Below, one piece after another: positions 1 through 8,777 of a stretch of DNA of 32,000 bases. Positions within the stretch are counted from its first letter, which is position 1, and every line of letters begins with the position of its first letter. This DNA comes from Candidatus Saccharimonadota bacterium (lineage in GTDB: Archaea > Micrarchaeota > Micrarchaeia > Micrarchaeales > Micrarchaeaceae), in the NCBI GenBank assembly GCA_021654395.1, contig AP024486.1, positions 780,001 through 812,000 on the forward strand. Direction: 5' to 3'. Below the pieces are notes generated by a model. That model did no database searches, was not told the DNA's origin, and was given only the letters and a program-made list of their open reading frames with translations. Made by a program: the position numbers and the translations under genes.

Positions 1-84
1 GATGACTTCTTACAGGTATATCTTCAGACACCTAGAGATCTTTATTCTATAGATGGAAAGCTGATAAAACATATTGAAGTATAA
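1..84 (+). CDS. 3' end of an unidentified CDS entering from the left window edge (27 codons, ...DGKLIKHIEV*)
   Basis: Frame 1 is open from base 1 to TAA at 82-84. It ends 2 nt before the convergent stop of the 87-2309 gene. Too short to identify. Confidence 0.3.
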   Translation, partial: DDFLQVYLQTPRDLYSIDGKLIKHIEV

Positions 85-86
85 TT

Positions 87-2309
87 TTATACAACTGGTC
101 CTACTGTGTAAGATGGCTCTACACCATTCGGAGGATATGCTGGAGAGTAATAGTATATCGGATTATTACTGAATAGCGAAAAGTATGCCGGACCATTTTG
201 ATTTATGTAATCATACTCAAATGCATAGTCTCCTGTTGATGTACTTGATGAGCAGTACTGTGTTGCTCCTTCTGCTTTCCATTCATTTATTAGGTTAGAA
301 GGATTTGAGGTGCCACCCAACCAGCTTGTAAAGCCACCATTTAATGATTCATATCCTATCTCTGCACCATCATCTATTATAACGCAAAATGTTGTAGGTG
401 TATTAATCTTTATGAATCCTATCTGCTTTATCACATATGCATCTCCTTTATTAGCTACAGGAGGATTTGGGAAGCTTGTACCTCCGCTATATGCATATTG
501 ATAATTATCTATAACATAGTTCTCTGTATTTCCATCTACATCCTGCGTAGATCCGATATCTGATGTGTAGAATAGACCAGTGGAAGATGTAAATGTGCCT
601 CCAGAGCTAATTGTATATCCATCATAAAGCTGTGCCTGATATATGCTGCTTGGTGATACCGAGCTTACGCTCGTACTACATGGACAGTAGTATATCTGAT
701 AAATTAAGCCAGAGTTCATCACATTCTGAATATTATCGTATTCGCCAAAAGTAGGAGATAACTGGGCTGCTTCACCAACATTATTACCATTAAAGAAGTT
801 AGTTGTTTTTGAACCAAATCCTATTCTTATCTGCTCTTGAGAGCTTGCATTTATCTTGTTAATCTTTACCCACCATGTACCTTTTATAGATACAGGCACA
901 TTATAGTAGAATGCTGCTATTGCTACATAACCTCCTCCATTTAGACTTCCCGTAACTGTGTATGTGCCCTGAGAAAGCTTACATTCTGCTGCGAATATTG
1001 TTTCGTAGTTATCTCCGCCAATCTTAAACATCTCTGGTGTACATCCAGCTGGATAATTTACTGATGTACATGCGTACCAACCACAGGATCCTAGTATAAT
1101 TACATAATTAGCATTTGATGGGACATTAAAGCTCCATGAGAATGAACCAACTCCATTAAATGTTGTTGCTTGATCACTTACATATGGTATTGATGTAGAG
1201 AATCCTCCAACAACAATATCTGCAGCTCCAGAAGAGTCACTGCATGTCTGTGTAGTTTGTGTTCCTAGAGAGGCGTAAGATGATCCAGTAGTTACAATAG
1301 GACTCCATGAGACATAGCTTAATCCGCCATTACCATCGCCTCCAGCACATATGTAGTAATTATTAGATGGTAAGGTTGCGCTTGCTGAGTAGCCTCCAGT
1401 TGCATAATTATATCCAAAGCTTGCTTGATAGCTTTCGCTTAATCCTTCTAGCCATGATGGAATTACTGTGCCATTCGGATAGAAAAACTCTACATTCTGT
1501 CCAAAGTGGGCGCTAGACGTATTTATATAGCTCCATAACGCTGAAGAAGGAGTTATATTTATCTCCTCTTGAAATGGATTTGTAGTTGGCTGATTCTGAT
1601 TATTTGATATTGTTATATTAGCGTAGTATAATACTCCAGATGGTAGAGGTATCGTGGTAGTTGAGGTTGTTGAAGTGGAGGTTGTAGTGGATGTAGACGT
1701 CGTGGTAGAAGAAACCGAAGTTGTTGAAGTCGTTGATGTTGTTGATGTAGATGTAGATAATGTGGTAACAGTTGTAGATCCCGTAGTTGTAATTGTTATT
1801 ATACTAGTTGTAGTAAATGTAGATGTAGATGTCTGGAAGTTGCTATTTTGATTTAGTACTTTCTGAGAGAATGGCAGCACTAATGTTTGAGAGTAGCCAG
1901 TATCTAGGTTAGTATAGTTGACTGCAAGATAGCCGCTAAACTGTGAATTCCCTATAAGTGATATAGCTGTTCCATTAGAGTAGCATCTCGTAGCAAATGT
2001 AACTGATTGCCCTGGCTGAATAGTTGCAGATACATTTGTAAAGACTGAAAATACTCTAGATGAGCTGCATGAGACTCCAGTGATCTGTAATGGAGCGCTT
2101 GAGGATTGTGATATTGTAAATACAATATATCCAGATGTATTTAGTAAGTCTATAGTACAGCTTATTGAACTTGTAGAGCTACAGTAGTTTACTGCAAATG
2201 TATTTAGATTAAATACATGAAGTATAAGAAGTACTATTATAACTATACCTATAATTAAAAGAGCCCAGCCATAGCTCGTTAAGAACTCCATTGCTGACTG
2301 TAGCTTCAT
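87..2309 (-). CDS. Secreted/surface type IV pilin-like (class III signal peptide) modular adhesin: pilin-type head, Ser/Thr stalk, DUF2341-like region, PA14-like C-terminus
   Basis: 740-aa ORF. The N-terminus MKLQSAMEFLTSYGWALLIIGIVIIVLLIL has the QxSxEF/YL motif plus hydrophobic helix of archaeal class III signal peptides. The first ~150 aa are paralogous to the ORFs at 13242-14117 and 23359-24747, with conserved Cys positions. A Ser/Thr stalk spans aa ~159-219. ITISNN...NVEFFYPNGTVIPSWLE resembles DUF2341. GLIYQIYY...FCVIIDDGAEIGY...GDYAFEYDYINQNGPAYFSLF resembles PA14/GLEYA carbohydrate-binding domains. Many N-x-S/T sequons. Confidence 0.8.
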   Translation of the reverse strand: MKLQSAMEFLTSYGWALLIIGIVIIVLLILHVFNLNTFAVNYCSSTSSISCTIDLLNTSGYIVFTISQSSSAPLQITGVSCSSSRVFSVFTNVSATIQPGQSVTFATRCYSNGTAISLIGNSQFSGYLAVNYTNLDTGYSQTLVLPFSQKVLNQNSNFQTSTSTFTTTSIITITTTGSTTVTTLSTSTSTTSTTSTTSVSSTTTSTSTTTSTSTTSTTTIPLPSGVLYYANITISNNQNQPTTNPFQEEINITPSSALWSYINTSSAHFGQNVEFFYPNGTVIPSWLEGLSESYQASFGYNYATGGYSASATLPSNNYYICAGGDGNGGLSYVSWSPIVTTGSSYASLGTQTTQTCSDSSGAADIVVGGFSTSIPYVSDQATTFNGVGSFSWSFNVPSNANYVIILGSCGWYACTSVNYPAGCTPEMFKIGGDNYETIFAAECKLSQGTYTVTGSLNGGGYVAIAAFYYNVPVSIKGTWWVKINKINASSQEQIRIGFGSKTTNFFNGNNVGEAAQLSPTFGEYDNIQNVMNSGLIYQIYYCPCSTSVSSVSPSSIYQAQLYDGYTISSGGTFTSSTGLFYTSDIGSTQDVDGNTENYVIDNYQYAYSGGTSFPNPPVANKGDAYVIKQIGFIKINTPTTFCVIIDDGAEIGYESLNGGFTSWLGGTSNPSNLINEWKAEGATQYCSSSTSTGDYAFEYDYINQNGPAYFSLFSNNPIYYYSPAYPPNGVEPSYTVGPVV
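1653..1835 (-). repeat. Ser/Thr-rich low-complexity coding tract (stalk/linker) inside the 740-aa adhesin gene
   Basis: Translation is TSTSTFTTTSIITITTTGSTTVTTLSTSTSTTSTTSTTSVSSTTTSTSTTTSTSTTSTTT. On the + strand this appears as reiterated GTTGTNGANGT units. Confidence 0.8.
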
Positions 2310-2432
2310 AAGTATCTAAGCTTTTTTATTAACTTCTTTATATTAAAATTATAAAAATCTTTGTAATCATGATCGTATATATCAGAAAGGCTTTTATTAT
2401 TTAGATAGATATATTGATAATGGTGCCATATT

Positions 2433-3488
2433 ATGGGTATAAAAGAGTTAAGAGATAACTTACCTAAAGAGTTCTCTAAGTTCGCTGAGCTTATAAAAGA
2501 GGATGTATACAATAAGATAAAGGAGTATACATCTTTAAGTAATGTAAAGGAGCATTATAGAAAGATGCTTAATGAGTATGTTGATAGAAAAGGGCAGTAT
2601 AGAAGACCTTCTTATCTAATACTTTGGACTATGCTGTATAATGGTAATGCTGAAGATGCGCTGCTGCCTGCTGCTGCACAGCAGCTATCTGAGGATTGGC
2701 TATTGATGATAGATGATTGGATGGATAATAATCTACTAAGAAGAGGAGGCAAGGCTGCTTACCTAATATATGGAGATAAGTTAACCATAAATGCTGCAAG
2801 CGATCTACAAGCGCTAAACTGGAAGATTGCTATTGATGCATATAAGCAATTAGGAGAGCCAAGAGGCAGTAGATATATAAGAAAGTTCTTTGATATGCTT
2901 CATGTAACTCATATTGGTCAGTATCTGGATCTAACATTAACTAGCTCTAAAGATATAACAAGCTTTACCATAGAAGACTATTATGAGTCTATTCATGCGA
3001 AGTCTGCCTACTACTCTGTTTATGGGCCGATGCAACAAGGCGCTATAATCGCTAATGCTGATGAATCTAAAGTAGAAGCAATTGAGAGCTATGGAGTACC
3101 TGCCGGTAGAGCATTTCAGATAATAGATGATGTACTAGACTGTGCAAGTGACGATAAGACTTTGGGCAAGACTGTTGGAACTGATGTAAGAGATGGAGTA
3201 AAGACAATAATACTATGGCATGCTGTACATAATGCATCGCAGCAGCAGCTAGATATGCTAAAAGAGATATATGCAAAGAATCCTGAGATGAAGACAGATG
3301 AAGAGATACATAAGGTTATAGAGCTATTTAAGGAGCTTGGCTCTATAGATTTCGCGAAGAATGAGGCTAAGAGGCTTATAGATGAGGCATTGAGCAACTT
3401 TAATAAAGTTGAAAGAGACCTTGCAGAAAATCAGATAAAAGATCTTGCAAGAGACTCATTAACATATATAGTAAATAGAATTAAGTAA
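2433..3488 (+). CDS. idsA: trans-isoprenyl diphosphate synthase (geranylgeranyl/farnesylgeranyl diphosphate synthase family)
   Basis: First Asp-rich motif LMIDDWMDNNLLRRG (DDxxD...RRG) and second Asp-rich motif FQIIDDVLD. Length 351 aa. GGTG Shine-Dalgarno-like element ~10 nt upstream of the ATG. Confidence 0.9.
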   Translation: MGIKELRDNLPKEFSKFAELIKEDVYNKIKEYTSLSNVKEHYRKMLNEYVDRKGQYRRPSYLILWTMLYNGNAEDALLPAAAQQLSEDWLLMIDDWMDNNLLRRGGKAAYLIYGDKLTINAASDLQALNWKIAIDAYKQLGEPRGSRYIRKFFDMLHVTHIGQYLDLTLTSSKDITSFTIEDYYESIHAKSAYYSVYGPMQQGAIIANADESKVEAIESYGVPAGRAFQIIDDVLDCASDDKTLGKTVGTDVRDGVKTIILWHAVHNASQQQLDMLKEIYAKNPEMKTDEEIHKVIELFKELGSIDFAKNEAKRLIDEALSNFNKVERDLAENQIKDLARDSLTYIVNRIK

Positions 3489-3583
3489 TACTTTAACCTT
3501 TTTATTTATATTATAATTAGAACAGATTAAACTTATTTTTAGTTATTTGTTATCTAAATATTAGTAAAGATTGCGGTGTTATC

Positions 3584-4156
3584 TTGATCATAGATAGTAG
3601 CAGATCAAGAGTTATGCTTAGAAGTCTAGATAATAAAGATGCATTAAGAATATCTGAGCTCGGTAATGATAAAGAGATATATAGAAATGAGGGCCTAAGA
3701 TTTCCGCATCCTTATGATATTAATACAGCTATCGATTTTATATTCTTCTCAGAGATCTCTGAGAGTGAGAACAGATCTTATAATCTAGCGATTATAAAGA
3801 AGGATGAAAACTTACTTATAGGCATAGCAAGCATCTATAATATAGATAATGTAAATAGAAAGGCAGAGATTGGCTACTGGATAGGTAGAAGCTACTGGGG
3901 TAAGGGCTATGGAAGCGAAGCTGCTGAGCTTTGTGTAGCTTATGCATTTTACTATATGAAGATGCATAAGATATACGCAGAGATCTTAGAGTATAATGAT
4001 AGATCAAAAAGACTCTTAGAAAGGCTAAACTTTAAGAATACTGGAAGATTCAGATCTGATATAAAGAAGGGCTTTAGATATTATGATGTGCTATACTATG
4101 AGCTTCTCCGTAATGAGTATAATAATAAGATAGGAAGATTAAAGGTTTATAGATAG
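3584..4156 (+). CDS. GNAT family N-acetyltransferase (RimJ/RimL-like)
   Basis: EIGYWIGRSYWGKGYGSEAAELCVAYAF matches the acetyl-CoA-binding motif A region (Q/RxxGxG/A) of RimJ/RimL-type GNATs. The track start is TTG; an alternative ATG (MLRSLDN) lies at 3614. Confidence 0.8.
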   Translation: MIIDSSRSRVMLRSLDNKDALRISELGNDKEIYRNEGLRFPHPYDINTAIDFIFFSEISESENRSYNLAIIKKDENLLIGIASIYNIDNVNRKAEIGYWIGRSYWGKGYGSEAAELCVAYAFYYMKMHKIYAEILEYNDRSKRLLERLNFKNTGRFRSDIKKGFRYYDVLYYELLRNEYNNKIGRLKVYR

Positions 4157-4188
4157 TAGATGCTGTCTTGAGAATTAGATGTTCTCTA

Positions 4189-5313
4189 TCATTCATTCGT
4201 TATAAGAGGTATATAAAGCTCCTCCTCTGATAGACCGCCATGATGACCAAAAAGATCTGGAAAGTTATGATTTCTGCCAGGCTCTAGAAAGTCAAAGATA
4301 GTGCTGCCTTTAGCTATTAATGTATAATCGCCGAACTTGTATATTATATCTTTATTGATATTACTACCGAAGAGCCCTGCATCTAATAGCTCCTTAGATC
4401 TAAATAGAAGAAATCTCTCCTTTAAGCTCTTATCATAGTAATCAATGAACTCTCTCTCAACATTATCCTTAAGATTCAAGAATACTATCCTCTCTGTTCC
4501 CCAGCTTCTCATATAAAGATAGTTCAATAAGCTATTATCTTTATCTACTGTATAGACATCATCCTTCCTTATTGCTATATGCCCGTGATCAGTAGTTATA
4601 AAGATAGCAAATCCTTTATCTAATGCATCTTTTAATACATACTTATCTAATAGATATAGAAAGCTATCTAGATCTGCCTTTATAGAGTCTGACTGCTTTG
4701 AGTAATTATGCTCCATTAGATCTGGAAACTCAGAATAGGCATATATAAATCTCTTATCATCAACTAAAGAGATCTCGTTTCTTATGCTTGTTACAAGATC
4801 TGCCTCGTTAAGCGTCTTATAGGTCTTAAAGCTATTCATAAGCATGTTATTATAAGGGTTATCTGTTATCTCCTCAGGAACTATCATTGTTAAGCCATAT
4901 CTGCTATCTATGCTCTTAAGATTTGTTACCTCTGGAAATACATTACTTGCGACATTAGAGTCTATCTTAGATAATGGCCTTATAACATAGCCGAATCTAT
5001 TATCTATTATGTAGTTGCCTACTATACCATGCTCAGATACTGTCTTACCACTAAATAACGAATTTATTATAGATAGAGTAAATGTAGGCGCTATGCTACT
5101 TATCCTCTCTAGATGCATACCGCTCTTTATAAAGCTATAGCTGCTTTTTTCTAATATCTCAGCTATTGTATCATATGATAAGCCATCAAGCAGTATAAAT
5201 AGGACTCTATCTTTATAGCCGCTTGCGAGCTTGTTAAATAATGAAAGATTAGAGTTACTGTAGTTAGGAAAGCCTAGCCCATTATCATAAAGGATCGATC
5301 TTACATCAGACAT
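4189..5313 (-). CDS. Alkaline-phosphatase superfamily metalloenzyme, type I phosphodiesterase/nucleotide pyrophosphatase family
   Basis: FILLDGLSYD (metal-binding Asp), APTFTLSIINSLFSGKTVSEHGIVGN (Thr nucleophile context PTxT...HGIxGN), FITTDHGH and GHHGG metal ligands. No TM segment. Confidence 0.8.
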   Translation of the reverse strand: MSDVRSILYDNGLGFPNYSNSNLSLFNKLASGYKDRVLFILLDGLSYDTIAEILEKSSYSFIKSGMHLERISSIAPTFTLSIINSLFSGKTVSEHGIVGNYIIDNRFGYVIRPLSKIDSNVASNVFPEVTNLKSIDSRYGLTMIVPEEITDNPYNNMLMNSFKTYKTLNEADLVTSIRNEISLVDDKRFIYAYSEFPDLMEHNYSKQSDSIKADLDSFLYLLDKYVLKDALDKGFAIFITTDHGHIAIRKDDVYTVDKDNSLLNYLYMRSWGTERIVFLNLKDNVEREFIDYYDKSLKERFLLFRSKELLDAGLFGSNINKDIIYKFGDYTLIAKGSTIFDFLEPGRNHNFPDLFGHHGGLSEEELYIPLITNE

Positions 5314-5420
5314 AAATTATCTATTTATAATAATAAGCTTTAAATCTTTAACTATAGGCATCTAATAGATGAGAGCTTAATAATATTTAAATATATAATC
5401 TTAATCTAAAGCTGATACAT

Positions 5421-6800
5421 ATGGCTAAGCTTTTTGGAACTAATGGAATAAGAGGATTAACTAATGAAGTAATAACTCCAGAGCTAGCATTAGAGGTAGG
5501 TAAAGCCATAGGTACATTCTTCGGAAAGGGTAAGAAAGCTCTATTAGGAAAGGATGTAAGATATGGTGGAGATATGCTTATAAACGCTGTAAGCTCTGGC
5601 TTAATGTCAACAGGCATAAGGGTTTACATAACTGATCCTGCACCAACTCCTGCTATAGAGTATGCAGTAAGAAGCTTAGACTATGATTTTGGTGTTATAA
5701 TAACAGCAAGCCATAATCCAAAGGAGTATAATGGAATAAAGATAGTTAAAAAGGATGGTGGGGAGCAGTCAAGAGACGATGAGAAGGTTATAGAAGAGAT
5801 TATTGAGAGAAAGAGCTACTATAATGCAAAATATAATGAGATATATAATGCAAGCAGAGAGAATAGAGTTATAGATACATATATAAGCAGCATTATATCT
5901 ATAGTTGATGCTGAAAAGATAAGATCGAAAGCCTATAAGGTTATTGTTGATGGAGCTAACAGCGTTGGCAGCTTAACATCGCCATTGATAGCTGCTGCTT
6001 TGGGCTGTAAGGTTATAAGCATTAACACCCATCTAGATCCAAATTTCCCAGGAAGAGAGCCAGAGCCCAACGATAAAACCTTAGTTAATACTGCAAAGGC
6101 ATTAGAGATAAATAATGCTGATATAGCTGTAGCGCATGATGGAGATGCAGATAGAGCAGTATTTATAGATAATAAGGGAGTTATACATAGCGGCGATGAG
6201 AGTGGAGCCTTGCTTGCCTATCATCTTAAGAAGAAGTTAAAAGACAATAGGGCAGTAATAACAACTGTTGCATCCTCTCTAGCAGTTCTAAGATTTCTTA
6301 AGAGTAATGGAATAGAGTATCAGATGACAAGAGTTGGAGGAATAGATATGGAAGATATCGTAAGAGGTAATAAGAACAAGTTCTATGCTTACTTTGAGGA
6401 GAGCAGCGGATTCGCTTATGTAGACTCGCATCTGACAAAGGATGGCGGTAGAGCGCTTGCATTAATGCTTGAGCTTATGGCATCTGAGGGCTTGAGCTCT
6501 TCAGAGCTTTTCAGCAAGATTGAAAAGACATATAAGTACAAGTATAAGATACCTCTAGATAAGATAGGAAGCATAGAAGATAATATCATAAAGATTGAGA
6601 AGAGCTTCAGTTCATATAGTATAACAAAGATTGATGGAGTAAGAGTCGATTCAGATAGCTTTATGATACTATTTAGAAAGAGCGGAACAGAGCCTATCGC
6701 AAGATTATTCATAGAATCAAGAGATAAGGATGAGCTAGAGAAGCTTAAAGAAAGAATAGAAGAGATAATAGATGTAGATCTTGATAGCTTAGCTAAATGA
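5421..6800 (+). CDS. glmM: Phosphohexomutase (phosphoglucosamine mutase / phosphomannomutase family)
   Basis: Active-site Ser loop TASHNPKEYNGIK, Mg-binding loop AHDGDADR, sugar-binding EESSG, phosphate-binding RKSGTEP. 459 aa. Confidence 0.9.
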   Translation: MAKLFGTNGIRGLTNEVITPELALEVGKAIGTFFGKGKKALLGKDVRYGGDMLINAVSSGLMSTGIRVYITDPAPTPAIEYAVRSLDYDFGVIITASHNPKEYNGIKIVKKDGGEQSRDDEKVIEEIIERKSYYNAKYNEIYNASRENRVIDTYISSIISIVDAEKIRSKAYKVIVDGANSVGSLTSPLIAAALGCKVISINTHLDPNFPGREPEPNDKTLVNTAKALEINNADIAVAHDGDADRAVFIDNKGVIHSGDESGALLAYHLKKKLKDNRAVITTVASSLAVLRFLKSNGIEYQMTRVGGIDMEDIVRGNKNKFYAYFEESSGFAYVDSHLTKDGGRALALMLELMASEGLSSSELFSKIEKTYKYKYKIPLDKIGSIEDNIIKIEKSFSSYSITKIDGVRVDSDSFMILFRKSGTEPIARLFIESRDKDELEKLKERIEEIIDVDLDSLAK

Positions 6801-6804
6801 TTAT

Positions 6805-8118
6805 ATGGAGCTTAAGAGACAGATTAACTTAAGAGATGCTGTTATAATAAATCTAGGAGCGATAATAGGAGCAGGCATATTTGTAATAATAGGCTTAGCT
6901 GCAGGTCTTACAGGCTCAAGCATAACATTATCTATAGTTATAGCTGCTCTGATATCTATACTTACAGGATTAAGCTTTGGATATCTTGCATTATTTATCT
7001 CAAAAGAGGGAGGCTCTTATGAGTATGCCAAAGAGGCGCTTAGCCCTTATGCAGGCTTTATAGCAGGTATTGCATGGGCCTTAGGTAACTCTATAGCACT
7101 AGCGGCAGTATCTTTAAGCACTGGAAGCTATATAGATGCATTACTCGGCTTACATATAAGCGATCTTTATATAGCTATAGCAGATATCATTGCTTTTACT
7201 ATAATAAATCTTTTAGGGCTTAAGAATTCTACTAAAAGCCTAACTATACTTGTAAGCTTAAATATACTTGTATTGATCATATTTGTATTAGCTGGATTGA
7301 CGCATATCTCGCTTTCAAATCTAAGCAGCTTTGTTGTAAATGGAGTAAATGGTATCTTTGCTGCAACAGCAGTTATATTCTTTGCATTTACCGGATTCTC
7401 AAGAGTAACAACATTAAGTGAGGAGGTTATAGATCCAGAGAATACAATACCCAAAGCTATAATCTACTCTATAATAATATCTTCTCTTATATACTTCGCT
7501 GTTACCTTTGTTGCTGTTGGACTAGCTCCTTACTATAAGCTTGCAAGCTCTAAGTCTCCATTATCTTTAGCTATATCAGTTACTGGCTTAAAGATACTTT
7601 ATCTTATAATAAGCTTAGGTGGAGTAACTGCTACAGCGGGTGTTACATTAACTGGAATACTTGGGGTATCTAGAGTCTTATTCGCAATGTCAAGGGATAG
7701 AATACTCCCAAAGAAGCTCTCATATATAAACGATAGAGGCATACCGCCTTATGCAATATTAGCTACATCTGCTGTAGCATTAATCTTTCTAATCTTTCTA
7801 AAGTTTAGCTCAATAGTTGATGCAGCTAATCTTGGGGTTTTAACAAGCTATCTTATAGTTAACATAGCTGCATTATATGCTTCTATAAAAGAAAGAAGAG
7901 CAGCAAAGGGCATATATGGCAGTAAGAGATTCTATATTATACCTCTTATAGGAGCAGCTTCCATAGTATTTATAGCAGCGTATCTTGAGAAGAGTGCAAT
8001 AACCATTATAGTATCTCTACTTATACTTGCAACATTCTACTATATCTTCTTAATAGAAGAGAGAAAGATAAAGAAGATTCCGAGATTCATAGAGATTAGA
8101 GATTTAAAGACAAGCTAG
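6805..8118 (+). CDS. APC-superfamily amino acid/polyamine permease
   Basis: 437 aa with about 12 hydrophobic spans. N-terminal INLGAIIGAGIFVIIG and FAFTGFS motifs are typical of the APC family. Starts 4 nt after the glmM-like stop. Confidence 0.8.
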   Translation: MELKRQINLRDAVIINLGAIIGAGIFVIIGLAAGLTGSSITLSIVIAALISILTGLSFGYLALFISKEGGSYEYAKEALSPYAGFIAGIAWALGNSIALAAVSLSTGSYIDALLGLHISDLYIAIADIIAFTIINLLGLKNSTKSLTILVSLNILVLIIFVLAGLTHISLSNLSSFVVNGVNGIFAATAVIFFAFTGFSRVTTLSEEVIDPENTIPKAIIYSIIISSLIYFAVTFVAVGLAPYYKLASSKSPLSLAISVTGLKILYLIISLGGVTATAGVTLTGILGVSRVLFAMSRDRILPKKLSYINDRGIPPYAILATSAVALIFLIFLKFSSIVDAANLGVLTSYLIVNIAALYASIKERRAAKGIYGSKRFYIIPLIGAASIVFIAAYLEKSAITIIVSLLILATFYYIFLIEERKIKKIPRFIEIRDLKTS

Positions 8119-8777
8119 CTCCCATTAATAAGATTCTTATGCTTATATAAGCAGATATCATTTAAGACGCATCTATAGCACTCTGGCTTCCTTTTCTTAC
8201 ATGTATCTCTACCTAATGCTATAAATAGATTTGATATATTATTCCATTCCTCTTTTGGAGTAATCGAGGTTAGCTCCTTCTCTATCTTTAATGGATTGCT
8301 TGTTCTTACAAGCCCAAGTCTATTAGAGACAGTTATGCAGTGTGTATCTATAGCCATACCCTCATTTATACCAAATCCTTCTGAAAGAATAACATTAGCT
8401 ACCTTTCTACCAACTCCTGGAAGCTCCATAAGCTCGTTAAGAGTTGATGGTATCTTTGATCCATACTTACTTACTATTATCTTAGAGCTCTCAACTAGAT
8501 TCTTAGCCTTTGTTTTATATAGCCCAATCTTATTTATGTATGGATATAGATCTTCGTATCTAGCCTTCGCCATATCCTCTGGAGACTTAAATCTCTTAAA
8601 TAGCTCCGGAGTTACCTTATTAACTGTTGCATCCTGAGATTGAACAGAGAGTATAGTTGCGACGAATAGCTCCCATAAGCTCTTATGCTCTAATGACGTC
8701 TTCATCTGATCCTTATACTTACTCTTCAGTCTTTTAAGTATATTCATTATATAGGCTCTCTTTTTAGACTCTTTCAC
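8115..8777 (-). CDS. nth: Endonuclease III (DNA glycosylase/AP lyase, HhH-GPD with 4Fe-4S cluster)
   Basis: Helix-hairpin-helix LMELPGVGRKVANVIL, catalytic region AIDTHC, C-terminal Cys cluster CKKRKPECYRCVLNDIC. The GTG start overlaps the thrC stop (GTGA). Confidence 0.9.
   Translation of the reverse strand: MKESKKRAYIMNILKRLKSKYKDQMKTSLEHKSLWELFVATILSVQSQDATVNKVTPELFKRFKSPEDMAKARYEDLYPYINKIGLYKTKAKNLVESSKIIVSKYGSKIPSTLNELMELPGVGRKVANVILSEGFGINEGMAIDTHCITVSNRLGLVRTSNPLKIEKELTSITPKEEWNNISNLFIALGRDTCKKRKPECYRCVLNDICLYKHKNLINGS

Noticed and set aside
1654-1851. 65-aa ORF on the + strand (MVVEVVEVEVVVDVDVV...) inside the 740-aa adhesin gene
   Set aside because: It is the antisense reading of the ACN/TCN Ser/Thr-stalk codons. 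The Val/Asp/Glu low-complexity translation is a mirror artefact. The same holds for 24050-24265 (+) inside the 462-aa gene.
2306-2512. 68-aa minus-strand ORF spanning the divergent promoter region and the start of the prenyltransferase gene
   Set aside because: It overlaps a confidently identified gene and an AT-rich promoter region, has no signal, motif or SD, and is best explained as a chance ORF. I reached similar verdicts for 310-501, 3067-3276, 3116-3397, 3816-4007, 5387-5617, 6416-6712, 7167-7454, 8296-8637, 12726-12920, 12990-13235, 13571-13753, 16554-16793, 17206-17496, 18061-18279, 21120-21359, 22130-22408, 25096-25281, 25220-25438, 26197-26403, 27063-27308, 27427-27648, 28604-28816 and 31180-31392.
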